From Candidatus Giovannonibacteria bacterium RIFOXYD1_FULL_48_21 (lineage in GTDB: Bacteria; Patescibacteriota; Minisyncoccia; JACPKW01; UBA11713), in NCBI GenBank assembly GCA_001778985.1, contig MFIU01000001.1, positions 126,001-190,000 of the forward strand: DNA of 64,000 nt. The letters run 5' to 3'. Of the stretch, positions 20,060-29,611 are shown piece by piece. The position numbers were made by a program, and so were the translations under genes. Below the pieces are notes generated by a model. It worked only from the letters and a program-made list of their open reading frames with translations. It had not been told where the DNA came from and ran no database searches. Within the stretch, counting starts at the first letter, position 1; each line of letters begins with the position of its first letter.

Positions 20060-20713
20060 ATGGAAGTGAAAGTTTACAGCCAGGAAGGGAGGGAAGTCAA
20101 AGCCCTGAAAGTGTCAGAGCGGCTGTTCGGCTCCCCTTGGAAGCCCCAATTTGTTCATCAGGTGTGGCTGATGGAAGAGGCGGGAAGGCGGCGGGGCACT
20201 GCGCATACCAAGGACCGGAGCGAAGTTTCCGGCGGCGGCCGGAAACCTTGGCGCCAGAAAGGCACGGGCCGCGCCAGACACGGCTCGATCCGCTCGCCCC
20301 TTTGGATCGGCGGCGGCGTCACCCACGGCCCCCGGACGGCAAAAGTTTACGCGCGAAAGATAAATAAAAAAGCGCGGAGAAAAGCGCTCTTGACCGTCCT
20401 CGCGCAGAAGCTTCGCGATCGGGAAATTTTATTTTTGGAGGACCTGAAGGTTCCCGAAGCTAAAACCAAAAAAGGCCTGGAAATTTTAAAAAAGCTTTCT
20501 AAGATTTCAGGATTCGAAAAAGTTGACCCTAAGGCCAGCACCTTGGTGGTTCTTCCCCGGAAGGATGAGGCCGTCTGGCGGGCGTTTCGGAACATCGGGC
20601 ATATTTCTTTAAGCGAGGCCAGAAATTTGAACATTGCGGACTTGCTCTCGCATAAATTTTTGATTTTTCCAGAGGAAGTCCATCGGGTTTTAGAGGAGAC
20701 TTTTTTGAGATAA
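20060..20713 (+). CDS. rplD: 50S ribosomal protein L4
   Basis: GGGRKPWRQKGTGRARHGS. Confidence 0.99.
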   Translation: MEVKVYSQEGREVKALKVSERLFGSPWKPQFVHQVWLMEEAGRRRGTAHTKDRSEVSGGGRKPWRQKGTGRARHGSIRSPLWIGGGVTHGPRTAKVYARKINKKARRKALLTVLAQKLRDREILFLEDLKVPEAKTKKGLEILKKLSKISGFEKVDPKASTLVVLPRKDEAVWRAFRNIGHISLSEARNLNIADLLSHKFLIFPEEVHRVLEETFLR

Positions 20714-20714
20714 T

Positions 20715-20984
20715 ATGGACCAGATTTTAGTGAAGCCGATGGTAAGCGAAAAAAATACCTTACTCTCCAGCCGAGGCGTTTATGTTTTTCAGGTGGAAAA
20801 TGAGGCCAATAAGATCACGATTAAAAAAGCGGTGGAGCGTCTTTATAAGGTGAGGGTTGAGAGAGTCAATTTAGTGAAAGTTTTACCAAAGAAACGAATC
20901 TTGCGGGGCCGGGTTGGGTTTCGTCCCGGCTATAAAAAGGCGCTGGTCTTTTTGGCCGCGGGGCAGAAAATTGATTTAACATGA
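20715..20984 (+). CDS. rplW: 50S ribosomal protein L23
   Basis: P.VSEK, ANK..IKKAVE, YKKALV. Confidence 0.97.
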   Translation: MDQILVKPMVSEKNTLLSSRGVYVFQVENEANKITIKKAVERLYKVRVERVNLVKVLPKKRILRGRVGFRPGYKKALVFLAAGQKIDLT

Positions 20985-20985
20985 A

Positions 20986-21094
20986 TCCCGTTAGAAATTC
21001 AACCAAGATTATTATAAGATATTTTGCAGTGAGCGAACTCACCTTTGGTTTTTATAATTGCGGCAAAGGCTTATTAGTAAAATTTCTAACGGGA
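20986..21094. mobile_element. TIR-bounded miniature element (109 bp, subfamily A) with TGAA target duplication
   Basis: TGAA-TCCCGTTAGAAATT...AATTTCTAACGGGA-TGAA. Confidence 0.85.
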
Positions 21095-21921
21095 TGAAAA
21101 CTTATCGCGCCTTCACTCCATCCCGCCGGCAGATGACCGGGATTGAATATAAAAAGATTTTAACTCGTTCCGAACCCGAGAAGAGTTTGACTTTTGGCCG
21201 GAAGAGAGCTTTCGGCCGGTCGAACCAGGGACGGATTACGACCCGTCATAAGGGCGCGGGCGCGAAACGGCTTTGGCGCGAGGTGGATTTTTCTATGGAG
21301 AAAAAAGATATTCCGGCCAAAGTGCTTTCGATTGAATATGACCCCAACCGCACCGCCTTCATCGGTCTCGCGGCCTACCGCGACGGTGCGAAGCGCTACC
21401 TGGTTTTGCCCTCCGGCGTCGGCGTCGGCGATGAAATTTTAACTTCTGAAAAAGCGCCGCTGAAGCGCGGCAACCGCTTGCCTCTTAAAAATATTCCGGT
21501 CGGCAGTCAGGTCTATAATATAGAAGTTTATCCCGGCGGCGGAGCCAAACTGGTCAGGGGCGCGGGAACCTTCGCCCAGATTCTGGCGCAGGACGCGCCC
21601 ATAACTTTGCTTAAACTTCCTTCCGGGGAGATTCGAAAATTACAGGATCGCGCTTGGGCGTCTTTGGGCCAGGTTTCGAATCAGGACGCGAATTTGGTGG
21701 TGATTGGAAAAGCCGGACGTTCGCGCTGGCTCGGCATCAGGCCCACGGTTCGCGGCTCAGCCATGAACCCCGTGGATCATCCCTATGGGGGCGGCGAAGG
21801 CCGGGCGCTCCGAGGCACCAGGCGCCCTAAAAACAAGTGGGGCAAGGGGGGGCGGGGAGTGAAAACCCGTTCCAGAAAGAAGTGGTCGGCGAGTCTGATT
21901 GTTGCGAGAAGAACGAAATAA
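21094..21921 (+). CDS. rplB: 50S ribosomal protein L2
   Basis: EYDPNR and [17 protein letters not shown]; true start MKTYR formed at the element end. Confidence 0.98.
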   Translation: MKTYRAFTPSRRQMTGIEYKKILTRSEPEKSLTFGRKRAFGRSNQGRITTRHKGAGAKRLWREVDFSMEKKDIPAKVLSIEYDPNRTAFIGLAAYRDGAKRYLVLPSGVGVGDEILTSEKAPLKRGNRLPLKNIPVGSQVYNIEVYPGGGAKLVRGAGTFAQILAQDAPITLLKLPSGEIRKLQDRAWASLGQVSNQDANLVVIGKAGRSRWLGIRPTVRGSAMNPVDHPYGGGEGRALRGTRRPKNKWGKGGRGVKTRSRKKWSASLIVARRTK

Positions 21922-21922
21922 T

Positions 21923-22249
21923 ATGGCGCGCTCTCTTAAAAAAGGTCCCTGGGTTGACCCCAAACTTTTAAAAAAAATCTCCCGCCTTGGGCGGGGCGAT
22001 AGAAGTGCGATTAAAACTTGGTCCCGGGCTTCCCAGATTTCTCCGGAGATGGTTGGTTTTACCTTTGGAGTTCATAACGGCCGCGAGTTTATCCCGGTGA
22101 CGGTCACTGAAGAAATGGTGGGACACCGCCTGGGAGAGTTTTCGCTCACTCGAAAATTTGTCAGACACGGCGGCAAGATGCAGCGGGAGCTCGAAGCCCA
22201 AGCGAAAAGCGCCGAAGTCCCTGCGGCCGCTCCCCCTGCCAAGAAATGA
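21923..22249 (+). CDS. rpsS: 30S ribosomal protein S19
   Basis: MARSLKKGP and MVGHRLGEF. Confidence 0.98.
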   Translation: MARSLKKGPWVDPKLLKKISRLGRGDRSAIKTWSRASQISPEMVGFTFGVHNGREFIPVTVTEEMVGHRLGEFSLTRKFVRHGGKMQRELEAQAKSAEVPAAAPPAKK

Positions 22250-22593
22250 ATTCCATGAAAGAAGTCCCAGCTCAATTGAATTATCTAAGGATGTCTCCAC
22301 GGAAGGTGCGCGAGGTGGCTGACGTGATTCGAGGGCGTCCGGTCCAGGCCGCCCAGGAATATCTGAAATTTTTGTCCAAATCTCCCCGAGCGCCGCTCGA
22401 GAAGCTGTTGAAGTCGGCCGTCCACAACGCTAAACATAATTACGGACTCGAACCGGAGAAATTATTTATCAAAGAGCTTCGGGTGGATGGGGGCCCGACT
22501 TTGAAGCGCCAGATGCCGCGGGCTTTTGGCCGAGCTTTTCCCATTCGAAAACGCTCGAGTCACATCACCCTGGTTTTAGGAGAGAAAATATGA
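22246..22593 (+). CDS. rplV: 50S ribosomal protein L22
   Basis: SPRKVR and [16 protein letters not shown]. Confidence 0.98.
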   Translation: MNSMKEVPAQLNYLRMSPRKVREVADVIRGRPVQAAQEYLKFLSKSPRAPLEKLLKSAVHNAKHNYGLEPEKLFIKELRVDGGPTLKRQMPRAFGRAFPIRKRSSHITLVLGEKI

Positions 22594-23243
22594 GTCATAC
22601 CGTGCATCCTTATTCATTTCGAATTGGCGTCATTAGGGATTGGAAATCTCGCTGGTTTCACGGCCGGGCCTCCTATCAGCGGACTTTAAAAGCTGATGTG
22701 ATTTTACGCGCCTGGTTGGAAGAGCGGCTTCGCGGCCGATATGTGGCCGAGATTGAAATCGAGCGCGGCCGGAACGAGCTAAATTTGATTCTAAAAACCT
22801 CGCGGCCGGGACTGCTCATCGGCCGGGGCGGAGAAGGAGTTGAAAAACTGAAAAAAGAGATTTTGACCTACGCCCAGAAACAGAAGCTCGAACTGCCCAA
22901 GAGTTTCAAGGTCACGGTTCAGGAGATTAAAGCGCCGGAAACCCACGCCAAGATTGTCGCCCAGATGATAGCGGAGGATTTGGAAAAAAGAGTTAATTTC
23001 CGGCGGGCCCTGAACCAGTCTTTGGATAAAATTATGGCCAACAAAGAAGTGAAGGGCGCCAAAGTCGCCCTCTCCGGAAGATTGGACGGCGCGGAGATGG
23101 CCCGCTATGAATGGTCCAAGCGGGGGCAGGTGCCGCTGACTACTTTGCGGGCGGATATCGATTTTGCGAAAGAGCGAGCGCACCTTCCGTACGGAGATAT
23201 CGGGATTAAAGTCTGGATTTATAAAGGCGAAAAATTTTCTTAA
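22590..23243 (+). CDS. rpsC: 30S ribosomal protein S3
   Basis: RPGLLIGRGG, SGRLDGAEMAR, GIKVWIY. Confidence 0.98.
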   Translation: MSHTVHPYSFRIGVIRDWKSRWFHGRASYQRTLKADVILRAWLEERLRGRYVAEIEIERGRNELNLILKTSRPGLLIGRGGEGVEKLKKEILTYAQKQKLELPKSFKVTVQEIKAPETHAKIVAQMIAEDLEKRVNFRRALNQSLDKIMANKEVKGAKVALSGRLDGAEMARYEWSKRGQVPLTTLRADIDFAKERAHLPYGDIGIKVWIYKGEKFS

Positions 23244-23246
23244 TCC

Positions 23247-23660
23247 ATGCTTTTTCCAAAAAAAGTTAAATATAGAAAGTGGCAGAGGCTTCGCGGACAG
23301 TTCAAGGGCACAGAAAGCCGCGGGACCAAGGTGGCTTTTGGCAGCGCCGGGATTAAGGCTTTGGAATCCGGACGCATCAACTCCCAGCAGATTGAAGCCG
23401 GCCGTAAAGTTTTAACCCGCTATGTGGCCAAAGGCGGCAAGATTTGGATTCGCATTTTCCCGGACCAGCCTATAACCCAAAAACCTCCGGAAGTGACCAT
23501 GGGCGCGGGCAAAGGCGACCCGGTAGGCTATGTGGCGGTGGTGAAGCCGGGCCGGATTATTTTCGAGATTGACGGCCTTCCGAAAGAGACCGCCGTCCAA
23601 GCGCTGAAACTGGCCCAAGCCAAGCTTCCGGTCAAAACCAAGCTGGTCTCCAGACGCTAA
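23247..23660 (+). CDS. rplP: 50S ribosomal protein L16
   Basis: IWIRIFPD and MGAGKG. Confidence 0.98.
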   Translation: MLFPKKVKYRKWQRLRGQFKGTESRGTKVAFGSAGIKALESGRINSQQIEAGRKVLTRYVAKGGKIWIRIFPDQPITQKPPEVTMGAGKGDPVGYVAVVKPGRIIFEIDGLPKETAVQALKLAQAKLPVKTKLVSRR

Positions 23661-23664
23661 TACC

Positions 23665-23862
23665 ATGAAGACGAAAGAACTTCGCGAAAAATCAAGAGAA
23701 GAATTGCTGAAACTGCTGGAAGATAAGGGAGCTTCGCTTCGCGCTTTTCGGTTTGACCTAAGTTTTAGCAAAACCAAGAATATCAAAGTCGGCCGGAATC
23801 TTAAGAAAGAGATTGCCAGAATTTTAACTCTGCTTAATGAGGAGCAACATGCCAGAAGCTAA
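23665..23862 (+). CDS. rpmC: 50S ribosomal protein L29
   Basis: MKTKELR...KKEIARILT; synteny. Confidence 0.95.
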   Translation: MKTKELREKSREELLKLLEDKGASLRAFRFDLSFSKTKNIKVGRNLKKEIARILTLLNEEQHARS

Positions 23863-24094
23863 GCGCCCGAAAACTTTTAAAGGAGCGGTGGTGTCGGGAA
23901 AACTGCCTAAAACGCGGGTGGTTCAAGTGGACCGTTTCGTGAAAATGGCCAAGTATGGAAAATATCTTAAACGCTCCAAGCGCTTCAAAGCCCACGATGA
24001 AAATAATGAATATAAACTGGGCGACCGGGTTATTATTCAGGAGACGCGCCCGCTCTCAAAAGAAAAAAGGTGGAGGATAATTGCAAAGATATGA
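23849..24094 (+). CDS. rpsQ: 30S ribosomal protein S17
   Basis: KAHDENN and [11 protein letters not shown]. Confidence 0.97.
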   Translation: MPEAKRPKTFKGAVVSGKLPKTRVVQVDRFVKMAKYGKYLKRSKRFKAHDENNEYKLGDRVIIQETRPLSKEKRWRIIAKI

Positions 24095-24456
24095 TTCAGC
24101 ATCGAACCATGTTAAAAGTTGCCGATAATACCGGAGCCGTGCTGGTCCAGTGCATTAAAGTTTTGGGCGGAACCCGGCGGCGCTGGGCCCAGCTCGGAGA
24201 TATCATCGTGGTCAGCGTGAAGAAGGCGGAGCCGCGGAAAATAGTAAAGAAAAAGGAGGTCTTGCGAGCGGTGGTGGTGCGCCAGAAAAATTCTTACCGC
24301 CGTCAGGATGGCTCCTACCTCCGGTTTGACGATAACGCGGTGGTGATTGTGGACGGCAAAGAGCCCAAGGGCGGCCGGATTTTCGGGCCGGTGCCTCGGG
24401 AACTTCGCGATAAAGGTTTTGTCAAAATTATTTCCTTGGCTCCGGAGGTGGTGTAA
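24091..24456 (+). CDS. rplN: 50S ribosomal protein L14
   Basis: [28 protein letters not shown]. Confidence 0.99.
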   Translation: MIQHRTMLKVADNTGAVLVQCIKVLGGTRRRWAQLGDIIVVSVKKAEPRKIVKKKEVLRAVVVRQKNSYRRQDGSYLRFDDNAVVIVDGKEPKGGRIFGPVPRELRDKGFVKIISLAPEVV

Positions 24457-24457
24457 T

Positions 24458-24772
24458 ATGGCGTCTCGCATCAAAAAAGGCGATATGGTCAGAATTATTT
24501 CCGGCAAAGATAGAGGCCGGGAGGGGAAGGTAATCAAAGTTTATCCAAAAGAGGAGCGGGTGCTTGTGGAAGGCTTGAATTTAAGGAAACGTCACCGCCG
24601 TCCCAGGAAAGCCGGTGAGAAAGGAAGCGTGGTTGAACTTCCGACGCCTTTTCCTTGGGCGAAAGTAATGCCGAAGTGTCCGGGGTGCGGAAAGCCGGTC
24701 CGGGTCGGCGTAAAAATTTTAGAAGACGGCGGGAGAAAGCGAATTTGTAAGAAATGCGGCTATGAATTTTAA
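24458..24772 (+). CDS. rplX: 50S ribosomal protein L24
   Basis: KOW motif IKKGDMV.IISGKDRG. Confidence 0.97.
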   Translation: MASRIKKGDMVRIISGKDRGREGKVIKVYPKEERVLVEGLNLRKRHRRPRKAGEKGSVVELPTPFPWAKVMPKCPGCGKPVRVGVKILEDGGRKRICKKCGYEF

Positions 24773-25295
24773 GGAAAAATACGACAAAGAAGTTCGTCCG
24801 AAAATCATGAAGCAGCATGGCTATAAGTCTTTCTTGGCGGTGCCGCGCCTGATTAAAATCGTGGTTAACAGCGGCGTGGGAAAGGCTCGGGACGACAAAG
24901 AGAAAGAAACAATCGCCAAGCAGCTTTCCTTGATTGTGGGGCAGAAAGTTCAGGAGCGGCCGGCTAAAAAATCCATCGCTTCCTTCAAAACCCGTCAGGG
25001 CATGATCATCGGTTTTTCGGCCACGCTTCGCGGCCGGCGGATGTATGATTTTCTCTCGCGCCTGGTGGAGGTGGCCTTGCCGCGTTCCCGCGATTTTCGC
25101 GGGATTCCCGAGACGAGCCTGGACGAATCCGGCAACCTCACCCTCGGAATTCGGGAGTATATTGCTTTTCCGGAGATTATCGGGGAAGATATTAAGGCCA
25201 TATTCGGGCTGGAGGCCACTTTGGTCACGAACGCCAAAAGTCGAGAAGCGGCCTTGGAATTATACCGGGAATTAGGCCTGCCTTTTAAGAAATAG
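24762..25295 (+). CDS. rplE: 50S ribosomal protein L5
   Basis: KIVVNSGVG and LPRSRDFRG. Confidence 0.98.
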   Translation: MNFKEKYDKEVRPKIMKQHGYKSFLAVPRLIKIVVNSGVGKARDDKEKETIAKQLSLIVGQKVQERPAKKSIASFKTRQGMIIGFSATLRGRRMYDFLSRLVEVALPRSRDFRGIPETSLDESGNLTLGIREYIAFPEIIGEDIKAIFGLEATLVTNAKSREAALELYRELGLPFKK

Positions 25296-25296
25296 T

Positions 25297-25482
25297 ATGG
25301 CGAAGACTTCCGTAATTGCGCGCTCAAAGAAAAAACCGAAATTTTCTAGCCGCATCGTCAGGCGCTGTTTTCGCTGCGGCCGGAAACGAGGCTATATGAG
25401 AGATTTTGAATTATGCCGCATCTGCTTTAGGGAGTTGGCTAACGAAGGCGTTATTCCCGGAATTAGGAAATCGAGCTGGTAA
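25297..25482 (+). CDS. rpsN: 30S ribosomal protein S14 (Zn-binding type Z)
   Basis: CFRCGR...LCRICFRE, 61 aa. Confidence 0.98.
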   Translation: MAKTSVIARSKKKPKFSSRIVRRCFRCGRKRGYMRDFELCRICFRELANEGVIPGIRKSSW

Positions 25483-25483
25483 G

Positions 25484-25585
25484 CCCCGTTAGAAAATCTA
25501 CATGCAATACTATTCACAAAAAATAAATATCTCTCGCAAAAACTGGTCTTGGTCGCATCAGCTTATTAGAGATTTTCTAACGGGG
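25484..25585. mobile_element. TIR-bounded miniature element (102 bp, subfamily B), copy 1
   Basis: 16-bp TIR CCCCGTTAGAAAATCT/AGATTTTCTAACGGGG; identical to the copies at 25985 and 26971. Confidence 0.9.
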
Positions 25586-25590
25586 TAAAT

Positions 25591-25980
25591 ATGGACCCGA
25601 TTGCGGACATGTTAACCCGAATTAAGAACGCCGCCCTTGTTAAAAAGGAGACGGTTTTAGTTCCATATTCCCAGATGAAGTTTGAGATTGCCAATATTTT
25701 GAAAGAGCGAGGCTATATTTCGCTGGTGGAGCGGCGGGGGCGCAAGAACAGAAAGTTTTTGGAACTTGGGCTGGCCTACGAACCGGACGGCTCGCCGCGG
25801 CTGCACGGCGCCAAAAGAGTTTCCAAGCCCTCCCGGCGGATTTACCGCAAAGTAGCGGAAATAAGACCGGTCCGGCGAGGTTTTGGGCTGGCAATTATTT
25901 CCACCCCGAAAGGACTCAAAGGCGACGCCGCCGCTAGGCGCGAGCGGGTCGGCGGCGAAGTTATTTGCGAAATTTGGTAA
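25591..25980 (+). CDS. rpsH: 30S ribosomal protein S8
   Basis: DPIADMLTRIKN, SKPSRRIY, GGEVIC. Confidence 0.99.
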   Translation: MDPIADMLTRIKNAALVKKETVLVPYSQMKFEIANILKERGYISLVERRGRKNRKFLELGLAYEPDGSPRLHGAKRVSKPSRRIYRKVAEIRPVRRGFGLAIISTPKGLKGDAAARRERVGGEVICEIW

Positions 25981-25984
25981 TTCA

Positions 25985-26086
25985 CCCCGTTAGAAAATCT
26001 ACATGCAATACTATTCACAAAAAATAAATATCTCTCGCAAAAACTGGTCTTGGTCGCATCAGCTTATTAGAGATTTTCTAACGGGG
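25985..26086. mobile_element. TIR-bounded miniature element (102 bp, subfamily B), copy 2
   Basis: Identical to the copy at 25484-25585. Confidence 0.9.
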
Positions 26087-26089
26087 TAA

Positions 26090-26632
26090 ATGTCGCGATT
26101 AGGAAAAAAACCTATTTTGATTCCGAGCGGGGTCGTGGTTAAAATCCAGGGTTCGAAAGTTTCCGTCCAAGGGCCGAAGGGAGAGCTTTCGCGCGATTTT
26201 CGGAATGAGATTTCAATCGAGTCTGACGGTCAAATCGTTAAGCTTGCGCCCCGCGTCCACAGCCGGCTTTCGAAAAAACTTTGGGGCACTTACGTTTCCT
26301 TGATTAAGAACATGTTAAAGGGAGCGAGCGAAGAATTTTCCAAAAAACTTATTTTGGAGGGAATCGGTTACCGGGCCGAGCTCGCCGGCAAAGATTTGGT
26401 TCTCTTTTTGGGATTTTCGCATCCGGTAAAGTTTTCGGCTGAAGCCGGCATTAATTTTCAGGTTGAAAAAAATTTGATAACCGTTTCTGGAATCGATAAA
26501 GAAAAAGTCGGGGCTGCGGCGGCGAGGCTCCGCTCTCTTAAGAAGCCCGATCCTTACAAGGGCAAGGGTATCCGCTACGAGGGCGAGGTTATCCGCAGGA
26601 AGGCCGGCAAGAAAGCGGTCAGCACCACATAA
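26090..26632 (+). CDS. rplF: 50S ribosomal protein L6
   Basis: MSRLGKKPI and PDPYKGKGIRY. Confidence 0.99.
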   Translation: MSRLGKKPILIPSGVVVKIQGSKVSVQGPKGELSRDFRNEISIESDGQIVKLAPRVHSRLSKKLWGTYVSLIKNMLKGASEEFSKKLILEGIGYRAELAGKDLVLFLGFSHPVKFSAEAGINFQVEKNLITVSGIDKEKVGAAAARLRSLKKPDPYKGKGIRYEGEVIRRKAGKKAVSTT

Positions 26633-26633
26633 G

Positions 26634-26966
26634 ATGAAATCAAAAAGATTAAGCCATCATCGAAGAATTCGGGCAAAAATTTTCGGAACGGCCGAGCGGC
26701 CGCGCCTGGCGGTTTTCCGTTCTGCGAAGCACCTCGAGGTACAGCTGGTGGACGATGCCCAGCGTAAGACCCTGTGGGGCGCGAAGGATTTAAAGATTAA
26801 AAAAGGCACCAAAACCGAACGCGCCGCCAAATTCGGCGGCGAGGCCGCGAAAGGAATTTTAGCCAAGGGTTATAAAAAAATTGTTTTTGACCGCGGCCGC
26901 TGCCAGTATCAAGGCCGCGTTAAGGTCCTGGCCGAAGCTTTAAGAAAGGGTGGTTTAGAGTTTTGA
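26634..26966 (+). CDS. rplR: 50S ribosomal protein L18
   Basis: RPRLAVFRS and FDRG..YQGRVK. Confidence 0.98.
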   Translation: MKSKRLSHHRRIRAKIFGTAERPRLAVFRSAKHLEVQLVDDAQRKTLWGAKDLKIKKGTKTERAAKFGGEAAKGILAKGYKKIVFDRGRCQYQGRVKVLAEALRKGGLEF

Positions 26967-26970
26967 TTCA

Positions 26971-27072
26971 CCCCGTTAGAAAATCTACATGCAATACTAT
27001 TCACAAAAAATAAATATCTCTCGCAAAAACTGGTCTTGGTCGCATCAGCTTATTAGAGATTTTCTAACGGGG
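26971..27072. mobile_element. TIR-bounded miniature element (102 bp, subfamily B), copy 3
   Basis: Identical to the copy at 25484-25585. Confidence 0.9.
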
Positions 27073-27075
27073 TAA

Positions 27076-27543
27076 ATGGCTGGGCGCAGAGAAAAATCAG
27101 AATTTTCCGAAAAACTTATTGACTTAAGAAGAGTTTCCCGTGTTATGGCTGGCGGCAGACGTTTCAGTTTTCGCGCCACGGTTGTGATAGGAGACAGAAA
27201 GGGTCGGGTGGGGGTCGGCGTCGGCAAAGGGACGCATACCGCTCTGGCTATGGAAAAAGCGGTTAGGGTTGCCAAAAAAAATATGGTGGAAGTTCCGCTC
27301 TCGGAAAACGGCTCGATTCCTTTTGAAGTCCAAGCCAAATACGGCGCCGCCAGGATTATAATGCGCCCGGCCAAAGCGGGGCGGGGGCTTACGGCCGGAG
27401 GCGCGGCGCGGATTGTTCTGGAGTTGGCCGGCGTGAGCAACGCCTCGGCCAAGGTCCTTTCCCACACTAAAAATAAAATTTCCAACGCTCGGGCGGCGCT
27501 GGAGGCCTTAAGACATTTAAGATATGCAGCTTCACGAACTTAA
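27076..27543 (+). CDS. rpsE: 30S ribosomal protein S5
   Basis: RVSRVMAGGRRFSF and GRVGVGVGKG. Confidence 0.98.
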   Translation: MAGRREKSEFSEKLIDLRRVSRVMAGGRRFSFRATVVIGDRKGRVGVGVGKGTHTALAMEKAVRVAKKNMVEVPLSENGSIPFEVQAKYGAARIIMRPAKAGRGLTAGGAARIVLELAGVSNASAKVLSHTKNKISNARAALEALRHLRYAASRT

Positions 27544-27967
27544 ACCTGACAACAAGATGAAAAAGAAAAAACGGGTGGGGCGCGGCGGCAAGCGCGGCAC
27601 TTATTCCGGCCGCGGAATCAAAGGGCAGAAGGCCCGGGCCGGACGCAGGATTCGGCCGGCGTTGCGCGATATCCTTAAAAAATTTCCCAAAAAACGCGGA
27701 TATCGAGTCAAAGTTAAGCCGCGAAGTAGTGCCGTGGTAAATTTGGAGCTTCTTGAAAAAAAGTTTGAGATAAATTCCGAGATTTCTCCCCGGACTTTAT
27801 TCGAGGCCGGGCTCGTCCGAAAAATTTCCGGAAAAATTCCGCAAGTGAAAATATTGGGCCGAGGAAAAATTACAAAAAGTTTCGCGGTTAAAGACTGCTT
27901 TTTCTCCAAAAGCGCGGAAGATGCTATAAAGAAAGCAGGAGGCAGAATATGGAAAAACTCTGGCTGA
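27524..27967 (+). CDS. rplO: 50S ribosomal protein L15
   Basis: RVGRGGKRGTYSGRGIKGQKAR; directly follows rpsE with no rpmD between. Confidence 0.98.
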   Translation: MQLHELKPDNKMKKKKRVGRGGKRGTYSGRGIKGQKARAGRRIRPALRDILKKFPKKRGYRVKVKPRSSAVVNLELLEKKFEINSEISPRTLFEAGLVRKISGKIPQVKILGRGKITKSFAVKDCFFSKSAEDAIKKAGGRIWKNSG

Positions 27968-29211
27968 TTTTTAAAGATAAGGACCTGCGGAAGAAAATTC
28001 TTTTCGTATTGGGAGCGCTCGCGGTTTTCCGAATCGCCGCGGCTCTGCCGATTCCCGGAGTCGATCTTTTGCGGCTGAAATCTTTTTTTGAAGGCAACCA
28101 GTTTCTGGGGCTTTTGAATCTTTTCTCCGGAGGCGCCTTGGACAATCTTTCGGTGGTGATGCTGGGGGTCGGCCCCTATATCACTTCTTCAATTATCATG
28201 CAGCTTTTGACCATGATTTTTCCGCGCTTGAAGGAGATGTATCACGAAGAAGGCGAAGAGGGCCGGAGAAGATTCAACCAATATTCGCGCTTTTTAACAG
28301 TTCCTTTGGCGGTTCTGCAGGGTTTCGCGCTTTTGACGCTCTTGGAGCGGCAGGGAGTTTTGGGAGCGCTTTCTTTGCCGGAGCGATTGGTCAATGTCGC
28401 CGTGGTCGCGGCCGGCTCTATTTTTCTGATGTGGCTGGGCGAGCTCATCTCGGAGTATGGAATCGGGAACGGAATTTCGCTTCTGATTTTCGCAGGCATC
28501 GTGTCCGGAGTTCCTGTCTCAATTCAACAGACTTTTTTGGCGTTCGAACCCTCCCAGCTTCCGGTTATTTTAGGATTTCTGGCGGCCGGGCTCGCCATCA
28601 TCGCGGGCGTGGTGATAATAAGCGAGGGAGAGCGGCCGATTCCTGTTTCCTACGCCAAGCGGATTCGCGGCATGAGAATATACGGAGGCGTCTCCACGCA
28701 CCTGCCGCTTCGCGTCAATCAGGCCGGAGTGATTCCGATTATCTTCGCGCTCTCGATTCTTTTGTTTCCGCAGATGCTCATAAACTTCATCGCCCAGAGC
28801 CAGAATGAAATTCTGCGAAGCGTCGCCAACGCCATTTTGGGATTTTTAGGCAGCACTCTTTTTTACAGCTTGGCTTATTTTATTCTGGTTTTTCTCTTTA
28901 CCTACTTTTATACCGCGGTGACTTTTGACCCGGAGCAGATTTCTTCAAACCTGCAGAAAAGCGGGGCTTTTGTGCCCGGAATTCGGCCCGGCCGGCCCAC
29001 TGCGGATTTTCTTTCGAGGGTTTTGACTCGGATTACTTTAATCGGCGCTCTGTTTTTGGGTTTGATTGCGGTTATGCCTCTGGTGATGCAGGCCGCGACC
29101 GGATTGGCGGCGCTCACCATCGGCGGCACCGGCCTTTTGATTGTGGTTTCGGTGGTGCTGGAAACCGTGAAGCAGGTTGAAGCCCAGCTCGTGATGCGGG
29201 AATATGAGTAA
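27949..29211 (+). CDS. secY: preprotein translocase SecY
   Basis: LGVGPYITSSIIMQLL, GIGNGISLLIF, PGIRPG. Confidence 0.99.
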   Translation: MEKLWLIFKDKDLRKKILFVLGALAVFRIAAALPIPGVDLLRLKSFFEGNQFLGLLNLFSGGALDNLSVVMLGVGPYITSSIIMQLLTMIFPRLKEMYHEEGEEGRRRFNQYSRFLTVPLAVLQGFALLTLLERQGVLGALSLPERLVNVAVVAAGSIFLMWLGELISEYGIGNGISLLIFAGIVSGVPVSIQQTFLAFEPSQLPVILGFLAAGLAIIAGVVIISEGERPIPVSYAKRIRGMRIYGGVSTHLPLRVNQAGVIPIIFALSILLFPQMLINFIAQSQNEILRSVANAILGFLGSTLFYSLAYFILVFLFTYFYTAVTFDPEQISSNLQKSGAFVPGIRPGRPTADFLSRVLTRITLIGALFLGLIAVMPLVMQAATGLAALTIGGTGLLIVVSVVLETVKQVEAQLVMREYE

Positions 29212-29315
29212 GGATATTCACACCCTCTCTTGAAATAGTCGAACTTTTAGTAGACCTTTTACGTTTAGTTAAGGAGTTACTTGATTTTTTTAAATATTTC
29301 TGATATATTTTTTAC

Positions 29316-29504
29316 ATGACAACTTCCATTCAGGAGAAAAAAATTGAGGAGGCAATAATAAGGGTTTTACAGACAATGATGGCTGACCCGGATTTCGGGT
29401 TGGAACTGCGCCCCGAATTTGAGAGAAAATTAATGAAATCCGCTGCTTCCAGGAAAGCCGGGCACCTTAAAGATTTCAGAGAGGTGCTTGCTTCGCTTTT
29501 GTGA
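29316..29504 (+). CDS. putative antitoxin (62 aa)
   Basis: DPDFGLELRPEF motif; GTGA overlap with a RelE-like remnant. Confidence 0.55.
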   Translation: MTTSIQEKKIEEAIIRVLQTMMADPDFGLELRPEFERKLMKSAASRKAGHLKDFREVLASLL

Positions 29505-29611
29505 GCGATAGCTGGAGAATTAAATTCACTCCCGAAGGAGAACAAGATTTAACCAGACTCGATAGAATTGAGCTTAGAGATAAAGTTTATAAGAAGAGAA
29601 GGAAAAGATGA
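29501..29611 (+). pseudogene. internally deleted RelE/ParE-like toxin remnant (36 aa)
   Basis: MSDSWRIKFTPEGEQDLTRLD (RelE N-terminus) joined directly to RIELRDKVYK (RelE C-terminus). Confidence 0.6.

Noticed and set aside
21058-21093. N-terminal extensions on rplB (and on EndoQ at 43592) given by the ORF track
   Set aside because: They are read from inserted TIR elements; the conserved proteins begin at 21094 and 43628.
25484-27072. Repeated 102-bp units as a CRISPR array
   Set aside because: The units are too long, are separated by whole ribosomal genes rather than spacers, and no cas genes are present.
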